Positions 50,125 to 62,380 of a DNA stretch of 64,000 nucleotides are shown in pieces; position 1 is the stretch's first letter, and each line of letters opens with the position of its first letter. This DNA is from Lama guanicoe (lineage: Eukaryota), in the NCBI GenBank assembly GCA_013239625.1, contig MU054220.1, positions 3,163,374 to 3,227,373 of the forward strand, in the 5' to 3' direction. The notes beneath the pieces were generated by a model, which was given only the letters and a program-made list of their open reading frames with translations, did not search any database and had not been told where the DNA came from. The position numbers were made by a program, and so were the translations under genes.

Positions 50125-51625
50125 GGATTAAATGATAAAAATATAATGGCAGATGCCAGACACAGAAGAGTGTATACTGTGATTCCATTTACATAAAATT
50201 CTAGAAAAGGCAAATCTAATCTATAGTGACTAAAAGTAGGTCTATGGTAGCCCAGGGCAGGTGTTGGAAGAATGGACTGCAAGTGGGCACAGGCATATTT
50301 TTGGGATGATGGAATGAGATGTGAGTATATGTATTTGTTAAAACTCATCGAACTGTATCATTAAAAATGGATGCAGTTGGTACCGGACAACTGGATATCC
50401 ACACACAAAAGCATAAAGTTGGATCGTTTCCTCACGTTATACACAAAAATAGCTCAAAATGAATCATGAGCCTAAATGTAATAGCTAAAACTCTAAAACT
50501 CATAGAAGAACATACAGGAGTGCATCTTTGTGAGCTTGGGGTGGGCAAAACCTTCTTAGGTGTGAAATCTAAAGCAAAAATGACAAAAAAATAGATAAAT
50601 AAGACTTTTTCAAAATCAAAAACGTCAAAGAACATTATTAAGAAAGCAAAAGGACAATCAACAGAATGGGAGAATCTATTTGCAAATCATATATCTGAGA
50701 AGTGACTTGCACCTCAAATTTATAAAGAACCACTACAACTTAATAATGAAAACACAAATAATCCAATTAAAAATGGGCAAAGGATTTCAATAGACATTTC
50801 TCCAAAGAAGACAAGTGGCCAATAAGCACATGATAAGATGCCCAACATAGAAATCCTTAGGAAAATGCAAATTAAAACCCCAATCGGTTCATACTCACTT
50901 CATATTCACTAGTATGAGTGTAATGAAAAAGATTCATAATAATAAGTGTTGGTGAGGATGTGGAGAAATTGGAAACGTCATATATTTCAGGTGGGACTGT
51001 GAAATGGTTCATCTGCTTTGGAAAATTGTCTGGCAGTTCCTCAAAAGTTTAAACATATGGGGTTAACATATAACTCAGCAATTCTACTTCTAGGTATTCA
51101 CTCAAGAGAAATTAAACATATACCCTCAAAAACATGTACACAGAGTTTGTTGCAGGATTATTCATAATAATCAAAACATGGAAACAATTAAAAGAATGAA
51201 TGGATAAATAAAATGTTGTACATCTGTACAATTTAATATTATTTGGCAGTAAAAAGGAATGAAGTACCAATATATGCTACAGCAAGATGAAACTGAAAAA
51301 AATATATGCCAGGTGAAGGAAGACAAACACAAAAGGTCACATATTATATGATTCCATGTATATGAAATATGAAGAACAGCAAACTGTGGAGGCAAAATTT
51401 AGATTCGTGGTTGTCAGGTGTGAGGGGAGTGGGTAGGAAGACATAGGGAATGACTGCTAATATGTGTGGGATTTTGGAGGGGAATGGGTGATGAAATGTT
51501 CTAAAATTGATAGTGGTAATAGTTGCACAACTAGGTAAATATACTAAAAAACAATGAATTGTACACTTTAAATGGGGGTTGGATTGTATAGTGTAGTATG
51601 TCAATCTCAATAAAGCTGTTTAAAA
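50125..51625 (+). mobile_element. Two old L1M 3' pieces (about 50125-50375 and 50380-51625 with an ORF2 remnant)
   Basis: acagaatgggagaatctatttgcaaatcatatatctga, aaaaatgggcaaagg, terminal atctcaataaagctgtttaaaaa. Confidence 0.9.
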
Positions 51626-51629
51626 ATGG

Positions 51630-52472
51630 GTGCATTTTTCCTGCTGCTTGGTGATGTTGAACACCTTTTCATGTACCTGTTGACTATTTGTATGTCTTCT
51701 TTGAAGGAACATGTTCAGTTCCTTTGCCCATTTTTAAAATTGGATTGTTGTTTTTTGCTATTGAGTTGTATGTGTTCTTTACATACATTGGATATGAAGC
51801 CCTTATCAGATATATGATTTGCAATTATTTTCTCCCATTCTATAGTTTGATTTTGATTTTGTTGATGGTTTCCTTTGCTGTGCAGAAGTTTTTTAGCTTG
51901 ATATAGTCTCACTTTGTTTATTTTTGCTTTTGTTGTCTTTGCTTTAGATGTCAAATGCAAAAAATGACTGCCAAGACTGATGTCAAGGAGCATACTGTCT
52001 AGGTTTTCTTTTGGGAGTTTTATGATTTCAGTCTTAGATTTAAGTTTTTAAATCCATTTTGAGTTAACTTTTGGGTGTGGTATAAGATAGGGGTTCAGTT
52101 TCATTCTTTTGCATATAGACATTCAGTTTTCCCAACACCATTTATGAAAAAAGACAGTATTATATTCTTGGCTCCTTTGTTAAATTATTGACCACATATG
52201 CATGGGTTTATTTCTGGGGTCTCCATTCTACTCCATTGATTTATATGTCTGTTTGTATGCCAAAACCATACTGCTTTGATTACTATAGCTTCACAATATA
52301 GTTTAAAATCAAGAAGTGTGAGGTCTCCAGGTTGTGTTCTTCTTTCTCAAGATTGCTTAGGCTATTTGGGGTCTTCTATGATTCCATGCAAAAATTTAGG
52401 AATTTTTTCTATTTCTGTGAAAAATGCCATTAGAATTTTGATAAGGATTGCATTTAATCTGTAGATTGCTTC
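51630..52472 (-). mobile_element. Inverted 5' segment of a twin-primed L1 (ORF2 remnant)
   Basis: Peptide EWEKIIANHISDKG in ORF 51715-51993; at the 52472 end the minus strand reads gaagcaatctacagattaaatgcaatccttatcaaaatt. Confidence 0.9.
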
Positions 52473-52860
52473 CACTAATCATTGGGGAAATGCAAATCAA
52501 AATCACAATGAGATATCACTTTACCCTATTAAAATGTGTCTCACCAAAAAGACAAGGGATAACAAGTGTTGGAGAGGATGTGGAGAAAAGGGAACACTTG
52601 TGCACTGTTGATGTGAATAAAGATTGATATAACTACTACGGGAAGTATAGAGGGTCCTCAAAAAATTAAAAATAGAACTAGCATGTGATCCAGCAATCCC
52701 ACTTCTGGATAGATATCCAAAGGAAATGAAAACAGGATATTGAAGAGATACCTGTACTCCCATGTTCAAAGCAGCATTATTTACAATGGCCATGATTTGG
52801 AAATAACCCAAGTGTCCATCAACAGATGAATGGACAAAGAAGTTGTGAGTGAGAGATATA
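52473..52860 (+). mobile_element. Sense segment of the same L1, ending abruptly before the 3' UTR
   Basis: cactaatcattggggaaatgcaaatcaaaatcacaatgagatatcac...caagtgtccatcaacagatgaatggacaaagaag followed by (TA)n. Confidence 0.9.
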
Positions 52861-52899
52861 TATATCTTGCCTATATATATATACATATACATACACATG

Positions 52900-53886
52900 G
52901 GAGACGGGACTGGGTGACCCTTCATTAATGTCATCGCCATATATATATATGCCTTGCCCAAGGTCAGTAGTTACACTGCCAGACCATCATGCCATGGCCA
53001 GAGCAGGGGGCCGAGTTGATTCTTTGCCTGCTGGTGCTTAGAAGGCCTCTCACCCCTTGGCTTTCAATCTGCTCTAGGCCACATGTCTCAGTTCCCACAC
53101 ATCCTCTCTCACGCTCTAAGGAGGCATTTCTTCCCCCAGATCTGCTGTATAAAGGCTGTTCTCCCAGAGTCTCCAAGGTACCCGGGACCTGGGGCTTTCC
53201 CTTTCATAGGATGGCCAGTGTCTTGGCCTGGGGTGATGACAGCCCCATTGACCGCAGAACAAGGGCCCCACTCTCAGACCTGGGTTTGAGTCCTGGCTGC
53301 TTTTCTGAGTTGATGTGTGACCCATTTATTGGTCATCACTATCTCTTTCTCAGCCTTGGATTCCCATGATAAAACAAGGGGTCAGAGAACATGATTGGAG
53401 GTCCCTGCAGTCTCTGATGTTGTGTGAGTCCCAAGCGTAGTCAGCCCAGGGGAAGGGACATGGGGAGGGAAGGTCAGTACCTACAGCCTGTCTGGCAGGC
53501 AAAGTCTGGGCCAAGGCAGCACATGCTGATTAATTTAGCCTCAGCTGGCTGTTAGCAAAACCCTGACCTTGGTAACAATGCAGTGTTTGACTTTACAAGC
53601 TTGAGTTTCCCTTGGCTGAGCCCCCGAGGGAGCGGCTTCTGGAGCTATCCAGGCAGAGCCCGCTGGTTGAAAGGTTTGCTCTCACTGGTTGCCATCCACC
53701 CAGGGAGGCTCGGCCTGGGGGAGGCTTCCCGCCTCGGTAGCTATTTTGAAAGGGCTTCTCTCTCCCCGAGGGTCTTCCAGTTGTCTGATGTTGGCTGTTT
53801 CCTCCCGCTGTCTGCACAAAGCAAGTGGGATTTCAGAGAATCAAGAGGAGATGGGACTGGGTGACCCTTCATTAATGCCATCGCCA
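52900..53886 (+). repeat. 40-bp dispersed direct repeat (52900-52939 and 53847-53886)
   Basis: ggagacgggactgggtgacccttcattaatgtcatcgcca vs ggagatgggactgggtgacccttcattaatgccatcgcca, 38/40 identical. Confidence 0.95.
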
Positions 53887-54019
53887 CACAGCATGGAGCT
53901 CAGAGGCCACACTGGGATTTGTTCCTATGTTTAATTCATGTTTCAGGGGTTTTAGTTCAATGATACATTTATCTCCAGAATGAAGGAAGAGACTTGAGGC
54001 AGAAATGTCTACAGGGCCA

Positions 54020-54126
54020 GAGAGGGGCAGGAAGAGGGGCAGAGAGAGAGAAGTAGAGAGAAAGAGAGGCAGTGAGAGAAAGAGAACGAGAGAGACAGAG
54101 AAGGCGGAGAGAGACAGACAGAGAGA
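54020..54126. repeat. GA-rich low-complexity tract
   Basis: agaggggcaggaagaggggcagagagagag...gagacagacagagagac. Confidence 0.8.
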
Positions 54127-54643
54127 CTGATGCAGGTGAGATTGTGCAGGTGGGGGGAGGCTGAGGTGGAGCTATACCCAGGTGTGAATCTTGGCTTTAC
54201 CTTTTCTAGTTGTCTTGGCTAGAACTAAATCACGCGTTGATTTTGGTGAGGATTAAAATGGAAGGTATGTAATTCCCATAACAGTGCCTGGCATACAGTC
54301 GGCACTTAATGGATGTTCCTTCTGGTCATTCTTTACCACGGTTTCTCTCTCTAGAGAGACTGCTTGCTCTCTGGGGTCTGGGACCTGGTACCCTGCCCAG
54401 AGACTGCACTGTAAATGTCAACTGCCCCATAGTGGGCAAGGTCCTCCCAGGAGGGCCAGCCTGCAGACACATGGGGCAGCCGCCCAGGGTCCCAAGCTGG
54501 ATGGGGAGCTGCGGCTTGTGGAGAGACCCTTGTATAGTCACCCTCATCTTCCTTTCCTACTTGTGGCCCAGGCCTCTGCTCGTCTCCAGGTGCACACTGC
54601 AAAACCTCTGCCCCTCTATTCGACTCCCTGAGCTGGTAGTCTC

Positions 54644-54657
54644 GTTGCTATGGAAAC
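54644..54657. promoter_or_regulatory. RFX X-box motif
   Basis: gttgctatggaaac closely matches the RFX palindrome GTTGCCATGGCAAC. Confidence 0.45.
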
Positions 54658-55211
54658 CAGTGGTTTCACATAAGAGAAAGCACAGGGAGACTCAGTGTTG
54701 GACAGAAACTTGCAAACATATTGTGTAGTGTAAAAAAGGAGAGTCTGGGAGACTGGGTGCAATAAAGGTTTCATTGCTACTTGTTTAGGGGAGAAAAAAA
54801 GAAAACCTCCACAAGTCCCAGATGGAAAGGGGTTTCATTACCATGTTTATATATTTTTTTCATCTTTAAAAAAATTTTCTTTTCTTGTCAATGGCTTTTT
54901 TTTTCCTTTAGAGACAGATCCTAGCAAACCACAGTTTAGGAGTGCTGCTGAATACATTGGCAACCTTGCAGTCCTGATGTCCTCTTTACATGTCTTGTCA
55001 TTCAAGCATCTTCTTGCTCAGAGCCCCTGAAACTTACTACGCATCCCTAATTGCACATATGCCATCAACCCTGCTTTTGCTTTCTAGTGTCAGAGCAAGG
55101 TAGGGTCAGAGAGAAGTGGTATCCTCTTTACCTCTCCAAGAACTGTAGTCCTTGTGCTGGGCAGTCTCTCTTAGGTTTATTCTGTTTCTTATTTAAAATC
55201 CTTGGATGGTG

Positions 55212-58200
55212 GGAGACTTCCAGTTCTAGCCAAGAGAGAGTAAGAGAGTCCAGAATTGCCCTCAGGTTGAAAACATTAAAAAAAATGGTCAAAATACATG
55301 AAATAATTGTTCTTCAAACGTTGGACAAACAGGCACTGCAGGACTGTGAACCCTGAGAGAAGGGGAACAAAAGAGGTGAGTCCTCTGATTTCCCAATGCA
55401 ATGGCTGGAGGCAGCTTCCAAGCAGCAGAGCAGGGAGAGGGAATCTGAACAGAGCTCAGCGGTTCTTGCTGACTTGAGGAGACAAAGATTAGAGTCTGTG
55501 GAGGCTGAGCCCACTAGAACTTGCTGGACATAACACAGATAGGAAAAAATGGAGGAAGGGAAGGGGAGAGAGAGAGAGAGAGATGGAGAGAGAGAGAGAG
55601 AGGGAAGAGAAGAGATATCTAGCTTTTTACAGAAGGATGCTCTCAAATGTTTGTCACAATACTTGTTTGAGAATATGTGCTGTGAAACCCCATGGGTTGG
55701 GATAAGTACCTCTATAAACCAGTAGGCAGAGAAATTCCCAGAGTCACAGAAAGCTGGGAATAGTTTATATTCCCACTATCCAGAGTGGCTAGACCTCAAA
55801 ATACATATGATACTTGAGTCCTCAGAATTCCTTAGTTATAGAGCTAAATTAGCCTTAGACTAAAGGCTTCCTTGGATTCATCCCAACAATGTTTAAAAAG
55901 CAAGTCTCAGATGACTTAACTACATGCCTCAACATTCTTTAAAGAAATACAACAGTGGGAGTGGGGGTTATAGCTCAGTGGTAGAGTGTGTGCTTAGCAT
56001 GTGTGCAGTCCTGGGTTCAATCCCCAGTGCATAAAAAAAGAAAAGAAAAGAAATACACAAAATCCAGCACCAAAATGTAAAACTGACTATGTTCAACTTT
56101 CAATATGATCCACCAGGCAAGAGAAAAATGAATCAATTGGAACACATCTGAAAATGACAGGGGTAATGGAATTAGCAAAGGATGTTGTTAGAACAGGTAT
56201 TAAAAATAAGCTCCATATATTCAAGAAGATAGAGGAAACATGAATATGACAGAGAAAGAGATGAAAAATACAAAAGACAATGAAGCTTCCAAAGACAAAA
56301 AGTACTGTATATGGATTGAAAAATACACTGGATGGAATTAAGGGCAAGTTGGAAACTGCAGGAGAAAAGATAAGTGAAATTGAAGACAAAGCAATGCAAA
56401 CTATCTCAAATATATCACAAATTTTTAAAAGATTTAAGAGAGAGAGGGAAAGAGAGAGAGAGAGCGTGCAAGCGAGAACAAGAGTGCATCATTGACCTAT
56501 AGAAAGATACCAAGCAGTCTAACTTTTGCATAATTAGAATCCCAGAGAGGGAAGACAGATGACAATAGAAAGCTGGTAGATTTAAATTCAAACATATTGG
56601 TAATTACATTACCTGTAAATGGGCTAAATGCCCCAATTAAATGGAGAGATAATCATTTTGGCTAAAAAGTCAAGACTCAGTTCTGTGCTGCCTACAAGAA
56701 GCCTATTTCGAATATAAAGACTCAGATAGATTAAAAGTAAAAGAATGGGAAGGAATACACCATACAAAACACACTTATCACAAGAACGCTGGAGGAGATA
56801 TATCAATATTAGACAAAGTGGACTTCAAAACAAGGAATATTAACCAGTTAATTCATCAAGAAGACATAATAATCCTGTACGTGCATATAATAAGTGAATG
56901 TCAAAATACATGTAGCCAAAACCGATAGAACTGAAAGAGGAAATGATAAGATCTACACTTACAGCTGGCGATTCCAGTACTCCTCTCTCAATAATTGCTA
57001 GAACAAGTAAACACAAAGTCAGTGAGGATATAGAAGATCTGAACAACACTGTAAAAAACTGAGTTAATTGACATTCGTAAAACATACCACCCAACAACAG
57101 CAGAATACACATTCCTTTCAAGTGAATGTGGAATGCTTACCAAGATTGACCATGTACTGGGTCTCAAGTCTCAACAAAATGAACAGGATTTAAATCATGC
57201 AAAATATTCTCCCTGACCACAACTACCACAGATACCTTCAAATATTTGGGAATTTAAAAACTACATTTCTGGATACTTCATGGGTCGAAGAAGAATTCAC
57301 AAGCAAAATTTAGAAGTATTTAAAATGGAATGGAAGTGAAAATTTCCATTGACATTATGTCAGTATTTGTAGAATGTAGCTAAAGCAATGTGAGTGAAAT
57401 TTATAGCAATAAATGCTTATGTTACAAAACAAGAAAGATCTCAAATCAAGGATCTAAGCTTCCAACTTAAGAAATTGAAAAAAAATCAAACTAAATGCAA
57501 GTAGGCAGATACTAAAAAATAATAAGGATAAAAGCAGTAATCAATGAACTAGAAGAAAATAGCAGAAAAAATTATTGGAACTAAAAGATAAATAAAATTG
57601 ACAAACATAACCAGACAGATCAAAAAGAGAGAGAGAGAGAAGAGAAAACAAAATTTACAAATATTAGAAATGAAAAAGGGGGACATCACTATAGGTCTTA
57701 CATGCTTAAAAAAGATAATAAGGCAATATTATGAACAATATTTGACAACTTAGATGAAATGGATAAATTCCTTGAAATACATAAATTAACAAAGCTCATT
57801 TAAGAATAAATATCCAAATAGCCCCAATTTTCCTGTATCTATTAAAAAATTGAATTTAGAGTTAGAGACTTCATCACAAAGAAATCTCCAGGCCTAAGGA
57901 ATTCACTGGTGGAATTCAAATATTTAAGGAAGGAATAGTACCAATTCTACACAAACTCTTCCATAAAATTGAATAGGGTGGAAGACTATATTCATTTTGT
58001 GAAGTGAACATTACTATGGTACCAAAATTAGACGAAGACATCACAAAAAAATGAAAACCACAGATGGATACGTCTTATGAAATCAGACACAAAAATAATT
58101 CTATCACATTGAACCCCACAATACATTAAAAAGGTACATCATGAAAAGTGGGATTTATCCCAGGAAACAACCCAAGGGTCCTTCAACAGGTGAATGGTTA

Positions 58201-59326
58201 AACTATGGTACATCCACACCATGGGATACTATTCAGTAATAAAAGGAGCAAACTGCTGATATATGCAACAATCTGTATGAACCTCCAGAGAATTATGCTC
58301 AGTGGAAAACAACAACAATCCTAAAGGTTACAAATTGTATGATTCCATTTATATAACACTCTTGAAATAAATTATAGGATTGAGGAACAAGTTAGTGGTT
58401 GCCAAGTTAAGGAAGGGGTGGGAACAGGAGGGAAATGGATGTGGTGACAAAAGGGCAGTGTGAGGGACCCTTGTGGTGATGGAAATTGTTCTGTATCTTA
58501 ACTGGGTCGATACTGTTACCCAGGTTGTGAAATTGTGCTATAGATTTGCAAGATGTTACCATTGGGAGATAAAGGGTACAGGGGATCTTTGTATTATTTC
58601 TCACAACTACATGTCAAGTTACAATCACCACAAAATTAAAAGTTCAATTTTTAAAAATTAAAAAAAAAAGACCATACTGAAGATATGGAACAGCTGTGAT
58701 GATTCTCATTCACTGCTGGTAGGAATGAAGAACGGTTCAGCCACTTTGAAATAGTTTACATTTTAAAAATAAAGTTAAACAGACACTCACCATATGACCT
58801 AGCAATCTTACTTCTGGGTATACACTCAAGAGAAATGAAAACATATATTCATAGAAATACTTATATGCAAATATTAATAGAAGCTTTATTTATGTTAGCC
58901 TAAACTGGAAACAACCCAAATATCTATTAATAGGTGAATGGATAAATAAATTATGGTATATCTATAAAATGGGATACTACTTAGCAATAAAAGGGAATGA
59001 ATTACTGATACAGGCAACAACATAGATAAATCTCAAAAGTGTTATGCTAAGAAGCCAGTCACAAAAAGGTATAGACTGTATGCTTTCATTTATATGATAT
59101 TCAGAAAAAGGTAAAACTATAGAGCTCGATCAGTGGTTGCCATGGGCTGGAGTGGGGAGAGGACTGACTGCAGAGTAGTAGACGGGGACCTATGGAGTTA
59201 AAGGGAATGATCTTGACTGTGACGGTAGTAGTTACGTGACTACGTTTGTCAAAACTCATCGAATTGGACACTTAAAGTGGGCAAATTTTATTATTTGCTC
59301 ATGAAACCTCAACAACACTTATTTAA
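55212..59326 (+). mobile_element. Ancient internally deleted L1M: 5' UTR, ORF1 and ORF2-endonuclease remnants, 3' end, and a second L1 3' end at about 58168-58669
   Basis: 5' gacttccagttctagccaaga; ORF1 coiled-coil remnant LKNTLDGIKGKLETAGEKISEIEDKA; EN motifs acattacctgtaaatgggctaaat and gctggcgattccagtactcctctctca; two 3' UTRs ending in A-runs. Confidence 0.85.
55957..56046 (+). mobile_element. Short tRNA-Ala-derived SINE nested in L1
   Basis: tatagctcagtggtagagtgtgtgcttagcatg...ctgggttcaatccccag plus A-tail; perfect TSD aaagaaataca 55941-55951 / 56047-56057 preceded by ttt. Confidence 0.9.
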
Positions 59327-59584
59327 AAAATCCTATGACAGTGAATCTGGAAGAAATCTTGGAGATTATCTAGTCTAACACACATACTTTAGAGGAAGTG
59401 AAAGTGACCAGGGATGCGGATACAGCAGGGAGTATCAGGAAAGTCCTAGACAGGGGTATGTAGGGAGAGTGACGAAGGTACCTGTTTGGCTGGAGCATGG
59501 GGAGCTGGGAGGGAGTGGAACGTGGGGGAGGGGGCTGGGAGACAAGGTGGGTCACATGGGCAGGGGAGAGAGGGTCCAGAACAT

Positions 59585-59824
59585 AAGGCTGCTCTTAGCA
59601 CTATGGCTCTTTTGTGTAAATTAGGGAAAAAAGGACCCCCTCAGCATGGACCAGCTGGATAAAAGGCACCTCCTCTGGGTTGCCCAGTTAGGGACGGCAG
59701 TGCCCTGTGGGTAGACTAAGCAGTGAATGGTGCCAGAATGCACAGCTTAGGAAGCAGATTTCACTCCCTCTAGTAAACTCTCAGCCAAATGCCCCCATGC
59801 AATGCACAGCGTAGGGCAGGCCTG
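59585..59824. mobile_element. MER91-like hAT-Tip100 relic
   Basis: ctcttttgtgtaaattagggaaaaaagg...aatgcccccatgcaatgcacagcgtagggcaggcctg. Confidence 0.45.
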
Positions 59825-60849
59825 CTGAATATCAGGTGATGTTACTTGGGCAGGCAGCCTTCAGCGGTGCCAGCAGTTTCCTTAGCGGTACATAGTCATC
59901 CTGTCTACACATCCCCAACTGCCATTCCTCCCCTGGGGTATGGGTTATGGCTGAACCCCTGTACTTGTCCTCCAGCTGTTTGAATTCCAAGTGTTTCTCC
60001 CCAGTGCACACAGTGGGTTAGAGTATTTTCTGGAAAATACACTGCAGTGTGTGAAATCTACAAGGCCCTTCCTTACACGTGTCCCTTGTAAAGTCCTCCA
60101 GTGCAGCACTTAGCTAACATCTGTCCCTTGGGAAGCATAACATTCCTCTTGACAGGTACCCTACCCTGGGCCTCTTTCCATCCAGAGCCCTCCTCCTATT
60201 GTATACACTCTAGCTGTCTCCACCCCTTTCCCCATGACTTACATAAACTAGAGTTTTCCCTATAAACTCCCTTCATGGCCGAGATTGTCTTCTGAAAAGC
60301 CAGTGTGTAAAATTGATTCGTTTCCCGTTTCAGTAAGAAGCTATTTATTTTTTTGAAAAAGCATCCAGTGCCTTGGTTTGCTCATCATCACCAACGAATG
60401 TCTGAGGAGTCCTTCTCTCCTCTTCTCTCAGATCTGCTGGCAGATGTCAGCCTCCGTCCCTGGAGCTGAAACTTGGGTCTCAGAAGACTCCAAGTCCTCT
60501 CACCCTGGTCCCAGTTCCAGGGGCCCCAGGCTTGATGCAAGCCAAGCCTCTAGAGTTCCCACTCTGTTTTAGCTGCAGTAAGGAGGAAAAGTTCAGGACC
60601 ACATGCCTGTAGGTAGATGCTCAATAGAACCATGTCAATCAATTTTCCCAGATTTCCCCAGGTGGGCTTTCTAATGACTCAGAACAGGCAGGAAGGCCTC
60701 ACCACAGTCCCAGGCATCAAACAGCTGCTCGCCTTTATGTGTCAGCTGCCTGGGGAGAAGGGGGTCTTCTCAATGAGAGCTGAGCCAAATTCTGCTGTCT
60801 GAAGAGCAGATCAAGGGTGAATGGTCCTCATAGGGCCAGTCTGTGGGAA

Positions 60850-62380
60850 TTCATTTATTTATTTAACAAAGATTTACTGAGTACCTACTATGTGCCAGGC
60901 AGCACTCAAGATGAGAGAACACAGCAGTACAAAAGAAACAAAAAATCTCTGCCTGTGTGGACTTTCCATTGTAATGAGGGAGACAGAGAGAGGAAATTGA
61001 TAAACAAGTCAGCATCTGTCAGTTGACAATAAAAGATGTGGGAAAAAATAGATCAGGGTAAGACAGGGTACTATTATTCTTAATAGGGTGGCCAGAGATG
61101 TCTCACTCAGGAGCTGACATTTGAACAGGACCTGAATTAATTGAAGAAGTGTGCCAAGCTAGTGTCTGAGGGAATAGTATTTCAGGCATAGGAAACAGCC
61201 ATTGCAAAGACCCTGGGATCACAGCCTCCCTGGAATATTTGAAGAGCAGCACAAAGGCCAGCATGACTGGAATAAAGTGAGCAAATAGTTACTCCTTGTC
61301 TAATCCATCATCAGCTCCTGTGAGGTATGCCTCTAAAATATATCCCCAACATGTCCATTTTGTTCTACCTCTAGTGCTATCACCTGAATTCAAGCTACCA
61401 TCCTCTCTCACCTAGACCAGCCTCTCCTCCACCACCCACATCCTTCCCTTCCATCCACCCTCCATACAACAGCCAGTGTGATCTTACTGATAAATTATTG
61501 GTAAATTGCATTATTGTTCCTAATTTTTCATTTCTTCCCTGTAAGACTTGTCAACCTTTTACAACATGAATTTTCAGTACCTCTCATTAGAGTAGACACA
61601 CTGTGTTTCCTTGTCCTGTTGATGGGCTCGGTCATGTGCCTTGCTTTGGCCAATGGAATGTTAATGGGCATGATACAAGCAGTGGCTTTAAATGAGCTCG
61701 TGTGGTCTGGGTTGGCCTTTTATGTATCTATCATCTTCCACATGGCGAGCATACACTGGTAAATACTGGTCTCAGAATGAGAAATATACGAGAGGACCCA
61801 AAATCAACCATTAGTGTGAACCACAGCCACACCAGCAACTTGCAAACTTGGCGAGAGAGAACATTAACTATTGCTGAGAGATGCTGAGATTTGAGGAGTT
61901 GTTTGTTAGGGAGCATTATTATAGCAATAGCTGACTTATTCACTTGCCATTGTATTTAAAATAAAGTCCAAATTCCTCTCAGATCTCATTTCATGCCATT
62001 CTCTCACACATGATGTTTCAGCCAGTGCAGTCTTTGTTTAGCTCTTGAACACACTATTGAACATTACTCCCACCTCAAGGTTTTGTACATGTTGTTCCCG
62101 CTAGGGAAAGAGCCTAGAAATCTCTTTTCCCAGATTTCTACATGGTTGACTCTTTCTTGCCTTTCAATTCTCTCCTCAGATTTCTCCACCTCAGAGTAAG
62201 CAATCAAAATTCTCTCCCAATCACTCTCTACTGCTTGCTGAAATTATTTTCCAAAATTATGTTGACTTGTTTATTGCCTCATTTCCTCCTCTAGGATGTA
62301 AAATCATGGGAGCACTGACACTGTTATCTTCAGCTTTAACCTCCAGTGCCTACAACCATGCCCAACAAAAGTTAGTTCTT
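60850..62380. mobile_element. L2 relics in both orientations, interrupted by an MLT1 LTR
   Basis: ttcatttatttatttaacaaagatttactgagtacctactatgtgccaggc (-); caagctaccatcctctctcacctagac and aataaagtccaaattcct (+). Confidence 0.8.
61496..61942 (+). mobile_element. MaLR solo LTR (MLT1H-like)
   Basis: ggtcatgtgccttgctttggccaatggaatgtt; terminal gcattattatagcaatagctgacttattca. Confidence 0.8.

Noticed and set aside
52900..53886. CRISPR-like array or LTR pair formed by the 40-bp repeats
   Set aside because: Only two copies about 950 bp apart in mammalian DNA, with no TG...CA ends, primer-binding site or internal coding sequence.
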